Below, in pieces: positions 6,628 to 15,889 of a stretch of 26,114 bases of DNA. A program made the position numbers and the translations under genes. Each line of letters opens with the position of its first letter. Positions within the stretch are counted from its first letter, which is position 1. Origin of the DNA: a virus (lineage: Duplodnaviria > Caudoviricetes); the IMG/VR virus record IMGVR_UViG_3300020264_000041, positions 1 through 26,114 of that record. One strand, written 5' to 3'. The notes under the pieces were generated by a model. The model worked only from the letters and a program-made list of their open reading frames with translations. It was not told the DNA's origin and did not search any database.

Positions 6628-7707
6628 TTAGCCTTCGTTACCAGTTCTAGACCATTTTTTAAGAAGCCTATTTTTTTCACTTTCTCGATCTGCATATGCC
6701 GGATTTTTTCTTAAAGCTTCATTAAAAACTCTTTTTGTTTCTTCTAATGCGGCTCTTATATCTTCCTCGCTACCGCCTATAGAATTTCTAACTCTACTTT
6801 TTGCAGCGGTTGCAGCTTTACCCTCTATATCTGTAATTGGGCCGCCACCTTTTAATGCTTGGTAAGCATCAACAAAATTTAATCCTTCTAATTGTTTTAG
6901 CATACTCTCAATATTCTGATATTTCTTTGCCAACCCAAAAGGTTCAAAAATACTATTCATGAAATTTTTAACGCCAGCGACTTGAGATAAATCAGCGTCC
7001 AATAAGCTATCAACTAAATTTATTTGTGTTTGAGTATCTGTAACCGACTTTATATCCCCTTCGGCTTTATCTAATTGCTTATAAAGATTTTCAATTTGCA
7101 TTTTTACAAATGGCTCCATAGATGGAGCAACAGCTAATATATTTGTTAAGTCTGCAATCGCAGCTCGTATTTGATCTGGATCTGTCATCGAGGCTACATT
7201 CGACATACCGCCCATCATGCTGCCAATCATTTGTCTTTGAGCTAGAGCATTTTGAGCTTTCCTTTGCTGATCAGCTAAATCCGTAAAGCTGCCAATCAAT
7301 GATGCAACGGATGTGCCCTCTTTACCCTGCAAGGCACGCCCGGCGTCGGCTATCCCGGCATACGCCAGCATACGTTTCTGGTCTTTTGTATAGCTTTGAC
7401 TAGCCGGTTTACTAGCTGCCGCTTGTTGCTGCTTCATTAAGTCTAGAAGTTGCTGCATCTGAGGGTTCATACCAGTGACACTAGGGCCATCAGGTGTGTT
7501 ACCAGTCCCAGCTCCGCCAGTCCCAACCGGGGTAATTTCTGGGGTTATATTTCTTACCTCTAGTTCTGGATCTACTGTATTTACACCAAGGGATATCATC
7601 TCTTCCATCGTAGCAAGCTCACCGGGCATAGGTTTGTCATTTGGGCTTGGATAGAAGTTTAATGCTTCTAATTTTGCTATATCTTGTTCTGTAAGAGAAT
7701 ATTCCAT
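6628..7707 (-). CDS. Internal virion / ejection protein
   Basis: 359 aa, Gln/Met/Ala-rich; LKGGGPITDIEG motif; synteny. Confidence 0.6.
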   Translation of the reverse strand: MEYSLTEQDIAKLEALNFYPSPNDKPMPGELATMEEMISLGVNTVDPELEVRNITPEITPVGTGGAGTGNTPDGPSVTGMNPQMQQLLDLMKQQQAAASKPASQSYTKDQKRMLAYAGIADAGRALQGKEGTSVASLIGSFTDLADQQRKAQNALAQRQMIGSMMGGMSNVASMTDPDQIRAAIADLTNILAVAPSMEPFVKMQIENLYKQLDKAEGDIKSVTDTQTQINLVDSLLDADLSQVAGVKNFMNSIFEPFGLAKKYQNIESMLKQLEGLNFVDAYQALKGGGPITDIEGKAATAAKSRVRNSIGGSEEDIRAALEETKRVFNEALRKNPAYADRESEKNRLLKKWSRTGNEG

Positions 7708-7719
7708 TTTAAATCCTTA

Positions 7720-8550
7720 TCACGTAAACCTAAGTGGGTTCGCTGTTAGATTTTGCATTCCGCCAAAAGCTGCAAAAGGCCCAATGCCGCCCATACCAAG
7801 ACCGCCAAGAGCTTGCAGACCCATTCCGAATGTACCCATAGGATCTCTAGTAGTTGCAGTCGTACTACCTATCCCGGCAGGGAATGCCTGACCACCTCCG
7901 CTCAATACTCCAAACTGAGTTAATGGGAATTGCATTTCAGCTAGATATTCATTGTATGCGGCGTCTAGCTCTGCTTGACTTAAAGCTCTATCAGTTTCTC
8001 CGGCTGCCATTTGGGCTCCTAGTATATCCCTTTGAGCTTGTAGCCCCTGCAAGCCACTTCCAGCGAGTGCCCCTGCCGCTCTCATTGCAGATGCATCCTC
8101 AGCGGCTAAAGCTCTACTAGCTAAATCGTATGACCGGGCGTCTAAAGCAGCCTGACGCTCTCCTTCATAAACATCTCTCCTATCGCCAAAAGAATTTGCT
8201 TTAATCGCTTTAGCTTCAGCTCCGACGCCTTGTTGTGCAAATTGCCTATTAAGTAAAGGAGCCATGTCATTTTGTATTTGGTCTAATCTTGTTTGGCGCT
8301 CTTGTGGAGTTCTTGTAGCGACATCTCTATAAATTCCTGTCGCCTCACCTATTTCAGATGGAAGAGTTAATCCTCCATAACCGCTAATTGCAGCTTGCTG
8401 CATTGGAGTTAACCGGGCCACTCTATCCCCAGTAAATTTTTCAAATTCCATTCCAGCTACTTTATCAGCTCCCGGTCTGATAATTTCTTCAATGTAGCTT
8501 TCTTGTAACGGATCCATTTTTGACGTTGTGGTGGTGCTACTTTTACCCAT
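7720..8550 (-). CDS. Internal virion / DNA transfer protein
   Basis: Likely start MGKSSTTTT (ATG 8550, GGAG RBS); Gln/Ala-rich with Gly-rich hydrophobic C-terminus. Confidence 0.65.
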   Translation of the reverse strand: MGKSSTTTTSKMDPLQESYIEEIIRPGADKVAGMEFEKFTGDRVARLTPMQQAAISGYGGLTLPSEIGEATGIYRDVATRTPQERQTRLDQIQNDMAPLLNRQFAQQGVGAEAKAIKANSFGDRRDVYEGERQAALDARSYDLASRALAAEDASAMRAAGALAGSGLQGLQAQRDILGAQMAAGETDRALSQAELDAAYNEYLAEMQFPLTQFGVLSGGGQAFPAGIGSTTATTRDPMGTFGMGLQALGGLGMGGIGPFAAFGGMQNLTANPLRFT

Positions 8551-8551
8551 T

Positions 8552-8998
8552 TTAAAACTCCATTTCAAAGTGACGATAGGTTTCTTTAAAACCGTTTGCT
8601 TTTGCAAACTTAGAAAAACCTATACGTCCATCTGCTTCTATTGCCGACAAATTACCATCTTTTGCAACTTTTTTCATAGCGTTTAATGCTGCATTCATCC
8701 AAATTTTCATATCGGCTCCGCCCATAAACTCAATAAAAAGTGTGTTTCTTTGAGGGTGCTTTACGACGCTTGTAGTAAAAGCAGCGATCAGCGTGTCCTT
8801 CGTATATACGCCCCAAATGAGGCTACGGCCTTCAAGCATATCAGCGACTACATCTTCCATAGACATATTTCGCCCATTTGCCTCTATCGATCTCTGTAGT
8901 AACGGTAAAACCTTTTCGACGGCTTGCTGTACGTTATCTACCAGAGGTAAGATTTTTATTGTGGCCTGCTTTGCTGGAAATTCTACAACATTATTCAA
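8552..8998 (-). CDS. GNAT-like virion assembly protein
   Basis: 148 aa; FMGG...IEADGRIGF pattern; located between tail genes and ejection genes as in other podoviruses. Confidence 0.55.
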   Translation of the reverse strand: MNNVVEFPAKQATIKILPLVDNVQQAVEKVLPLLQRSIEANGRNMSMEDVVADMLEGRSLIWGVYTKDTLIAAFTTSVVKHPQRNTLFIEFMGGADMKIWMNAALNAMKKVAKDGNLSAIEADGRIGFSKFAKANGFKETYRHFEMEF

Positions 8999-9017
8999 TA
9001 TTTATCCACCCCACGAT

Positions 9018-9365
9018 TTACCATGTTGAAAGCGCCACCCGCTTCCAAATTGCAGTAGACCCATCATAATTACCAACACACACATAAATGTAGTTAGTAT
9101 CCCAGCTAATCATCCCGGTAACATCTCCGGCAGATCCTGTGTTTGCCGGGGGCGTTGCGTGTTTCATAGCAATTTGTCTGAAGGCGTCATTATGACTGAC
9201 TACCGGGTAACTATTAACATCATCCCATAGAAAAATTCCGTCAATTGATGGATTATCTTCAGAAGTCTTAAAAAATAGTTTACCTAAATTTCTAGTTAAA
9301 AATAGATTAAGATCTCTACCCCATTGCCTCATATCGACACCGATAACTGGAGGTGTGACTGGCAT
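9018..9365 (-). CDS. Small tail protein (needle/short-fibre-like)
   Basis: TAATG-coupled to the tail hub gene; C-terminal GMISWDTNYIYVCV...WKRVALSTW fibre-tip module. Confidence 0.55.
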   Translation of the reverse strand: MPVTPPVIGVDMRQWGRDLNLFLTRNLGKLFFKTSEDNPSIDGIFLWDDVNSYPVVSHNDAFRQIAMKHATPPANTGSAGDVTGMISWDTNYIYVCVGNYDGSTAIWKRVALSTW

Positions 9366-11194
9366 TATCTACGTCCCCCTACTTTAGTTTCAAGTCTCAT
9401 AGTGCCAACGCGCCAATTTGTAGCTTGATCACCCTCTACCCTCATCCTTAGCTGTCTACCAGTAAATCTAAGTGAAGTTGGGTTGCTTGGGTTGTATGGG
9501 CCGTGCGTTGTTTCCGTATCATTCGGGTAAAATCTAGTTTTAAATTTTAAATCAACATCGCCTTGTGTTTTTTCGTCTGGTATTACTTCAGTTACTTTTG
9601 CGACCTGATCTCCTTTACCAATAGAAATTGGTCCAGTCTCACAGAACACAGAGCCGCTATCGTAATTCAAACCCTGCTCATGGTTATAAAGAATTATTTG
9701 TCCAATAATACTAGCGCTCCCGCCCATACCTGAGTGGTTTTGACAATAATAATAGAGCGTTGCCGGAGCACTATCTGAAACAACTATTTGTGTATACGAT
9801 CCGGTTGTACCCGGGGTCCCGACACTTGTCACTCCAGTGGTATATGCTGATCCGCCACCATGCGTCCCGTCTGAAGTTGTAGAAAATAGTAGCGGGTGTG
9901 ATGCATTGCTGGCGTCGCTTTGGTCAAAAATATACGTGTTACCCTTTTTAAGAGTTATTGTTGGGGCTGACCCAGAGTAAGTAGATATATAATATTTATT
10001 TCCGCTATCATTTGCGACTGTTACATTATAGGTTGTAGTTTCCGCTGCACTTTCACCGCTTAAAATTGGAGTTCTAAAAACACCTCTAGGCACACCGCCG
10101 GTTCTCGATAAATTTCCTATTAGCCAATGGTTTTCTAATAAGTCGTATGCAACATATCTATCAATTTCTAAGCTATTTGCAGACGGATAAAACCACCAAA
10201 CTTCACTAAATTCTGTGTTGCTAAATGCCCAGATCTTAGACTGCTGGTTTACGTTAATATCATCAAAAATATAATCATGAACTTCACAAGGAAGCTCTTG
10301 CACAGTGTTACCGTCAAACCTGAAAAAACCTTTTTGACCCATCCAAAATACGCCCATATCAGTGTCAACGGCACTCATTCTAGAAACTGCGCCTGAGCTA
10401 GTTGCAACCCTATCAAATTGATAAATATAGGGTGGGCCAGTATATCTAGCTGTGAATGCTGAGGTATCAGTTAAGATTAATGTCTGACCCCTTGTTTTAA
10501 CGCCCTGCATAATTTGACCGGCTGTTTGAAGCTTATGAGAGCCAGCTTGATTAGTTGTTGCAGCGGTCCACAACGTGTTGTCTTCAAAGTCGCACCACCT
10601 CACAAGGCGAGGGTCACCGCCAGCACCAAGTAAAAATATAAAGCGCTCCTCGGTAACAACTAATCCTAAATTATTAGTTGGAGCATTAGCAACAGGAGCA
10701 GCGACGGCTGAAGACCCAAGCTGCCACTCGACTAGAGTTCCAGTGTCATAATGAACACCAACTAAATATTCTCCAAAGTTATCAAGCGACCACGACGTCG
10801 CCTCAGAATAATTTCCGGTTGAAGGTCTTTGTGTTCCAAAAAACCCAGTGCCGTAATAACCGCCACCAAAACCTAAATTAAGGCCAGCATCTTCGCGCCC
10901 CGCACTCATTGTAGCTGGTGTAATATCGTAAGTTGTTCCAGCTCCTGTCATGGCTGTTAGCTCATCATAACTTCCAGCGGCAAAGTAAGCCGTCCCTCCA
11001 AGACTTTCCCAAGCGTGAGCGCCTCTAATTGGGTTTGTGCAGAAACCATTTTTAAAAGGTTGCCACCCACCGATAGGCCGTAATGAACCGTCACGCCACC
11101 TAACAAGACTTCCATCGCGCCACCTATTACTAGCATCAAGATCAGTGCCGTTTCTATAAAACCCAGCTTTTAATTTAATTGGCATCAATGACAT
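9365..11194 (-). CDS. Tail hub/nozzle (P22 gp10-like stabilisation protein) with inserted cupredoxin-like domain
   Basis: Trp-rich beta-propeller-like sequence (WSLDNFGEYLV, EVWWFYPS, RFTGRQLRMRVEG); likely start MSLMPIKL. Confidence 0.75.
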   Translation of the reverse strand: MSLMPIKLKAGFYRNGTDLDASNRWRDGSLVRWRDGSLRPIGGWQPFKNGFCTNPIRGAHAWESLGGTAYFAAGSYDELTAMTGAGTTYDITPATMSAGREDAGLNLGFGGGYYGTGFFGTQRPSTGNYSEATSWSLDNFGEYLVGVHYDTGTLVEWQLGSSAVAAPVANAPTNNLGLVVTEERFIFLLGAGGDPRLVRWCDFEDNTLWTAATTNQAGSHKLQTAGQIMQGVKTRGQTLILTDTSAFTARYTGPPYIYQFDRVATSSGAVSRMSAVDTDMGVFWMGQKGFFRFDGNTVQELPCEVHDYIFDDINVNQQSKIWAFSNTEFSEVWWFYPSANSLEIDRYVAYDLLENHWLIGNLSRTGGVPRGVFRTPILSGESAAETTTYNVTVANDSGNKYYISTYSGSAPTITLKKGNTYIFDQSDASNASHPLLFSTTSDGTHGGGSAYTTGVTSVGTPGTTGSYTQIVVSDSAPATLYYYCQNHSGMGGSASIIGQIILYNHEQGLNYDSGSVFCETGPISIGKGDQVAKVTEVIPDEKTQGDVDLKFKTRFYPNDTETTHGPYNPSNPTSLRFTGRQLRMRVEGDQATNWRVGTMRLETKVGGRR

Positions 11195-11612
11195 AGGCCG
11201 ACATATCCTCATTCGTTACATCGTGAAAGTTTAATTCACCACTCTCATCAACAGTTATATATTTAGTAACATCTAACCATTTTGCATAAAATGATCTTAA
11301 CAATTTTACTTTTTCAGCAACATCTGATCCGCTTACTTCTGTAAAATTATCACCATCATTAATTGAATAAACATTATAAATTTTTTCAGAATTTATATAG
11401 TTGTTTATTTGATTATCAGATAATAAATCACCATATTCGTAAGCAATTATTTCTTTTCCATCAATAAAAAGTGTTTTGCTATTTTTAGCTGGTTTAACTA
11501 CACACCAATCATTTGGGTTTTTATCTAAACGAGCTTTTAAAGCTGTAACTGAAGTTTCAACTTCTTCTAAAGTTTCATATTTTTTTGTTGCGTAAATATA
11601 ATATCTCATCAT
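11175..11612 (-). CDS. Hypothetical AT-rich protein, probable tail-fibre accessory
   Basis: 145 aa; ATGA-coupled to the Gly-rich adhesin gene. Confidence 0.7.
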   Translation of the reverse strand: MMRYYIYATKKYETLEEVETSVTALKARLDKNPNDWCVVKPAKNSKTLFIDGKEIIAYEYGDLLSDNQINNYINSEKIYNVYSINDGDNFTEVSGSDVAEKVKLLRSFYAKWLDVTKYITVDESGELNFHDVTNEDMSAYVIDAN

Positions 11613-12634
11613 GTAGATCCATATATTGTACCGCTATTACTTAATGTTCTTGAAGTCCCGGTTATAGCTGCTCCACCACTTGCGGCTGTTTGACTTACCC
11701 CGTTTCCTCCAGAAGCGCCCCATCCACCGCCGCCTCCGGCCCAGACGTGACCAGAAACACCAGCGGTTGGGTTATTACCAGTTCCGGCATTACCAGCCGA
11801 CCCGCCAGTACCCCATGAAAAGCTACTACTTGCAACGCCGCCAGAGCCGGGTAATATTCGGCCCCCGCCGCCGCCTGCGTTTTGCGTACCCCCGGATCCG
11901 CCGCCTGCTCCACCACCGTTATCTGATAGTAAAGCATTTGTTTGTCTATGGTAACTGCCGCTGCCCTCAGCATTTAAAACACCGCCTACACCGCTTAATG
12001 TGCCTGCATTTTCGCCAGAATGAGAGCTGATCCACCCTCTACCGCCAGTGCCTCCTCCAGCACCGCCGCCACCGCCTGCATTACTATCTTGTGGATCTCC
12101 AACATCTTGGCGCTTGCCTCCTCCGCCACCTCCCCCGGCGATGTAAGCGCCGGAGCTATTTGTAATAGTTACGCCGCTTGATGTTACATTTATAGCAGGG
12201 CCTCCCGCTGTTGGTGAGCCAGTGTAGTAGCTACCTCCGTTGCCACCCTGCCCAATAATTTTACCATCATTTATAACTGTACATGGTATATCAATAGTTA
12301 AAGCCGCTGTAGATGTACTATCTGTCCAAACCCACATATTAGAAGGTACTCGGAGAGTGCCTCCAGAGGATATATAAGTAGATGCTGAAATTTGTTTAAG
12401 TTGAACTTGGCCGTTAATTGTACTTCCGCTAGTTGGTAAACTTGTCTCGGCAGTAGCGCCGTAAAAGTTAAAAAAGTCTATCTGGGTTCCTGAGCTATCA
12501 TTTATGGTTTTTCCTGAAGCGGGAGTAAGTCCTCTAATATCGGTATCATTTATAGACGCAGAAGTGCCAGAGCTACCTCCCGCCTCTACGTGTATATCGT
12601 TTAACGATATTGGTCCCGATGTTTGTAAAGCCAT
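11609..12634 (-). CDS. Glycine-rich tail adhesin / receptor-binding protein
   Basis: MALQTSGPISLNDI N-terminus; multiple GGGGG motifs; ends NSGTIYG. Confidence 0.75.
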   Translation of the reverse strand: MALQTSGPISLNDIHVEAGGSSGTSASINDTDIRGLTPASGKTINDSSGTQIDFFNFYGATAETSLPTSGSTINGQVQLKQISASTYISSGGTLRVPSNMWVWTDSTSTAALTIDIPCTVINDGKIIGQGGNGGSYYTGSPTAGGPAINVTSSGVTITNSSGAYIAGGGGGGGKRQDVGDPQDSNAGGGGGAGGGTGGRGWISSHSGENAGTLSGVGGVLNAEGSGSYHRQTNALLSDNGGGAGGGSGGTQNAGGGGGRILPGSGGVASSSFSWGTGGSAGNAGTGNNPTAGVSGHVWAGGGGGWGASGGNGVSQTAASGGAAITGTSRTLSNSGTIYGST

Positions 12635-13078
12635 TTAAGCACTTCCATAAGCTGTAATATTATTTTCTACTGTTAATGCACCGGCTGAACTTAATTTAAA
12701 TCTTGCAGTTCCTTGATAAGAAAATTTAAGATCGCTTCCTGACTGTGTTATTGTCCAATCACCTAAATCAACAGTTGTAGCTTGCACCTCTCCAGAAGAG
12801 CCATAAACTACAGCTTTACTGTTTACTACTGTGTTAGCAACAGAGCCATCTAATAAATTTAATTCAGCCGCCGTAGACGTTACTCCATCCAATACATTTA
12901 ACTCTGCCGCCGTTGAAGTAACATCTGTGCCATTTATGGTTAAAGTTGTTAAGTCTGGCGCTATTGTTCCTGATGTCCCATTAGCTGCATCTACTATAGT
13001 ATCAAGGGCACTATTAATGGTGGTTCCCCATGTCCCCTCTGAACCGCCCACGACAGGCTTAGTTATTGTAATAGCCAT
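12635..13078 (-). CDS. Short tail-fibre protein
   Basis: KPVVGGSEGTWGT anchor; tandem VTSTAAELN(V/L)LDG repeats; NITAYGSA end. Confidence 0.75.
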   Translation of the reverse strand: MAITITKPVVGGSEGTWGTTINSALDTIVDAANGTSGTIAPDLTTLTINGTDVTSTAAELNVLDGVTSTAAELNLLDGSVANTVVNSKAVVYGSSGEVQATTVDLGDWTITQSGSDLKFSYQGTARFKLSSAGALTVENNITAYGSA

Positions 13079-13153
13079 GTTTTTTCCTTTCTTTTCAGTA
13101 GGTTATATCCAGGCGTTAATGTTAATATTTTTATGTTATTTAAGAGTAACATA

Positions 13154-13780
13154 TTAGGCTGCTTCCGTCCATGTTTCAGACGGAACGACTGGAGTAAACC
13201 AGCCTCTAAAAACTACTGCATATCCTTGATAAGTATAGCTTTCCGTGTTGGCTATTGATAAAGTCCTACCCGCTGAGAGAACAACATCCGGGCCTGTTAA
13301 TGTGAATGTGGCAGTTGTTGGATCTAAAACAAATCCAAATGTCGCCGGTTGACCGGTTAATGTAAATGTAGCGGCAGGCGGTATTATTGATATATCTATT
13401 GCATATTCTTGATCTTGCCCGGTTACAGTAAATGTTCCGGGAGCAGCATCTGGGCTAAGATTAGCTTGAAAACTGACAGCGTGACCTGTTGATGCAAATG
13501 TGCCGATGGGTTCTAAAAATATACCTTTACCTAACGAAACCGCAACCGTTGAGCCAGTATATGTAAAAACTCCTTCTTCAGCACCAATATTAAGAGATAC
13601 TGGATTTAAAAGTGCTTGACCGCTTAATGCAAACTGACCGCTAGGGTATATGTCCGTAATTAACTTCCCGGCGCCCTGCATAGAAAGCGTAAATGTTCCA
13701 TGCGTAACAGATAAAACATAATTAGCACCACCACTTGACCCTATCGGGCCATTACCAATTGGTCCTGATGCAATAGTCAT
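13154..13780 (-). CDS. Virion structural protein with GTFTLTGQ-like repeats
   Basis: About eight degenerate repeats; located among tail genes. Confidence 0.65.
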   Translation of the reverse strand: MTIASGPIGNGPIGSSGGANYVLSVTHGTFTLSMQGAGKLITDIYPSGQFALSGQALLNPVSLNIGAEEGVFTYTGSTVAVSLGKGIFLEPIGTFASTGHAVSFQANLSPDAAPGTFTVTGQDQEYAIDISIIPPAATFTLTGQPATFGFVLDPTTATFTLTGPDVVLSAGRTLSIANTESYTYQGYAVVFRGWFTPVVPSETWTEAA

Positions 13781-13783
13781 ATC

Positions 13784-14140
13784 TTATTCCTCTGGTCTTG
13801 GTGGCGCGTCTGGATGCAAATAATTAGGGTCGTCTATGTTAATTTCGTGACTTGCTTTTAAGCTTTCAGCATATTCACCTAAATCAACAAAAATTTGATA
13901 TGAGTTTACATTATCGCTTGCCACAACATTATCTGTTTCTCGTTTATGAACAAAATTTTCTAATGCATTTGTTTCTATGTGTATTTCATTAAAACCGTCA
14001 GTTTGTAACTCCGTCACTAAGGCTTGTAGTGCGTTTTGTTGTGATGGTGTAAAATCAGGATGAGATGTGTCAGCTAAATAACCTACACCCTCATAATTAA
14101 TTTCTACGCTGCCATTAGTTTTTAAATTAAACACTTTCAT
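13784..14140 (-). CDS. Hypothetical acidic protein, probable fibre accessory
   Basis: 118 aa; GGAG RBS; Pro-rich C-terminus. Confidence 0.7.
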   Translation of the reverse strand: MKVFNLKTNGSVEINYEGVGYLADTSHPDFTPSQQNALQALVTELQTDGFNEIHIETNALENFVHKRETDNVVASDNVNSYQIFVDLGEYAESLKASHEINIDDPNYLHPDAPPRPEE

Positions 14141-14828
14141 TTTTACTCTCCATTTTATGCCAAAACAAACGTCTGTATTTATTATGAAAAAATGACATTA
14201 ATTTTCCCTCATGACGCAATCGTTTTCTCTCGTCCATCTCAACCAACTGTGATTTTGTATTTTCTCTTTTAAAAGGTATAACTTGAACTAGAGGCGTTCC
14301 TTTTTCTATTAGATACTCTCCATCTTTTGCTAACCATATAAAAGGAAGATTTACATGATTGTAATAATTATCAGTATCAACTATGCCGTCCAATAACTTC
14401 CATCTTTTTTCTAAATGGTTCATAGGCTGCGTAAATAAACAACTATAACCTTTTTTTGTCTCAACAATAAACGGATTATGAAACTTCATTGGCACTTTAC
14501 CAAAAGGCATATCAGAGTAAGGATGGCCGCCAATTTGAGAATAATTATGCTCAGACATTTCATTATTTTGTTTAGGGTTAGCATAATCAAAATTTATTTC
14601 ACCATTTCTAACAGTCACAAAAACATCGCACCAAAATGATATAATATACCCAGCCGAAGAAGCTTCCAAAAGCGGAATGCATTTTTTAGCTGAAACAGAT
14701 TTAGGATGGTTACCCACCTGTGGTGGTAAATTTTTAAACCATAATGGTAGCTTTTTATTTGCGCTAACAGGCGGCGGGAAAATATCTAAAATCGACTGTT
14801 CCGCATGAAATTTTATTATATTAGCCAT
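14127..14828 (-). CDS. DUF6065-like protein
   Basis: PLWFK, KKCIPLLEA..GYII, KFHNP, GYSCLF, GIVDTD, KGTPLVQVIPFKRE motifs. Confidence 0.7.
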   Translation of the reverse strand: MANIIKFHAEQSILDIFPPPVSANKKLPLWFKNLPPQVGNHPKSVSAKKCIPLLEASSAGYIISFWCDVFVTVRNGEINFDYANPKQNNEMSEHNYSQIGGHPYSDMPFGKVPMKFHNPFIVETKKGYSCLFTQPMNHLEKRWKLLDGIVDTDNYYNHVNLPFIWLAKDGEYLIEKGTPLVQVIPFKRENTKSQLVEMDERKRLRHEGKLMSFFHNKYRRLFWHKMESKNESV

Positions 14829-14830
14829 AA

Positions 14831-15877
14831 CTATGTTTTCATTATAAATGCCAGCGCATAAAATTTAGGAATAGTCGCTAAAGATGATCCGCTGCCAGTT
14901 GCTCCACTGCTTCCACCTACATTATGGGTGTGATTTCCTGAGTTGCCAGTGTTTGCGTTGAAGTTGTGAGAATGATCTCCCGCGCCACTTGTGCCGAAGT
15001 TGTGAGAGTGTGCGCCAGTATTACTGGTGGTAGCGCCGTTAAACCAGCAATTGTTGCTCCAGTTCTGTTCAAACCTTGTTGCCTGTCTATAACCACTGTA
15101 AGCCCGATATGAACCGTTTGTATTATGAGAGTGGCTGCCAGTGTTTGATGTGCTACCATTGTGAGAATGGTTTCCAGAGTTACCAGTGTTAGCATTAAAG
15201 TTATGCGAGTGATCGCCGCCTGCTCCAGTGCCATAATTTCCACTGCCGTGAGTGTGTGATGGTAAGTTAGCTTCTGCAATAGTAACAGAGTGTGCACCGC
15301 CCGTAGCGCCAACATTTCTAGTACCACTACTATCAGCATCGGCATGAATAACAAAACGGTCTGTTAAGTTTGGTGTACTGTTGTTTCCGTCACAAATAAC
15401 CCAACCACTTGGTATAGCACTAACTGCACCGGACCACATAACAATCACGCCAGTAGGTATAGAAACAATTCCTGTTAATGCACTACCGTCACCCGTTAGA
15501 GCTGTTGCAGCAAGCGTGCCTGTTACCGTAGCGCCTGTCGATGTTGGCTCTACTTTTGTAACACCTTCATGTTGTAAAACATTAAAATCACTATGAATGG
15601 CCGTTACTGATACCGTCGCAACTCCACCTAATGTTATAGCGTTATTACTATTTGAGCTTTCGCTAGGAGTTCTAGTAAGTGTGGTTCCTGAGGCTGTATA
15701 GGTTCCAGTTCCAATTTCAAAATTACTACCTTCCTCTATAACGTATTGGACAACATCTCCATCACTTACACCAGCGTCGGCAAAGGATTGGAACCCCACG
15801 GAAGCAGACCCCAGACTGACGGTCCCCGCACCCGTAGTGGATGTCGTCATTTTTGCTCTGTTAAAAAGCTTTGCCAT
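14831..15877 (-). CDS. Tail fibre with collar domain and HxH metal-binding needle
   Basis: IPTGVIVMWSG...GWVICDG...TPNLTDRF collar; seven HxH motifs; ends PKFYALAFIMKT. Confidence 0.88.
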   Translation of the reverse strand: MAKLFNRAKMTTSTTGAGTVSLGSASVGFQSFADAGVSDGDVVQYVIEEGSNFEIGTGTYTASGTTLTRTPSESSNSNNAITLGGVATVSVTAIHSDFNVLQHEGVTKVEPTSTGATVTGTLAATALTGDGSALTGIVSIPTGVIVMWSGAVSAIPSGWVICDGNNSTPNLTDRFVIHADADSSGTRNVGATGGAHSVTIAEANLPSHTHGSGNYGTGAGGDHSHNFNANTGNSGNHSHNGSTSNTGSHSHNTNGSYRAYSGYRQATRFEQNWSNNCWFNGATTSNTGAHSHNFGTSGAGDHSHNFNANTGNSGNHTHNVGGSSGATGSGSSLATIPKFYALAFIMKT

Positions 15878-15889
15878 GACGCGCTCCTA

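Noticed and set aside
5555-9069. Plus-strand ORFs within ejection and assembly genes
   Set aside because: Antisense shadows with no RBS and atypical composition
12853-12924. Tandem VTSTAAELNxLDG repeat as a DNA repeat or CRISPR element
   Set aside because: Ordinary coding fibre repeat with synonymous differences
14921-15217. Duplicated segment as a DGR template/variable repeat pair
   Set aside because: Differences are synonymous and not adenine-specific, both copies are in one ORF, and no reverse transcriptase is in the window
10957-15596. Alternative-frame ORFs inside tail genes (e.g. 11695..11973, 14917..15354) as frameshift products
   Set aside because: Explained by stop-poor Gly/His/Asn-rich codons; no slippery site or RBS noticed
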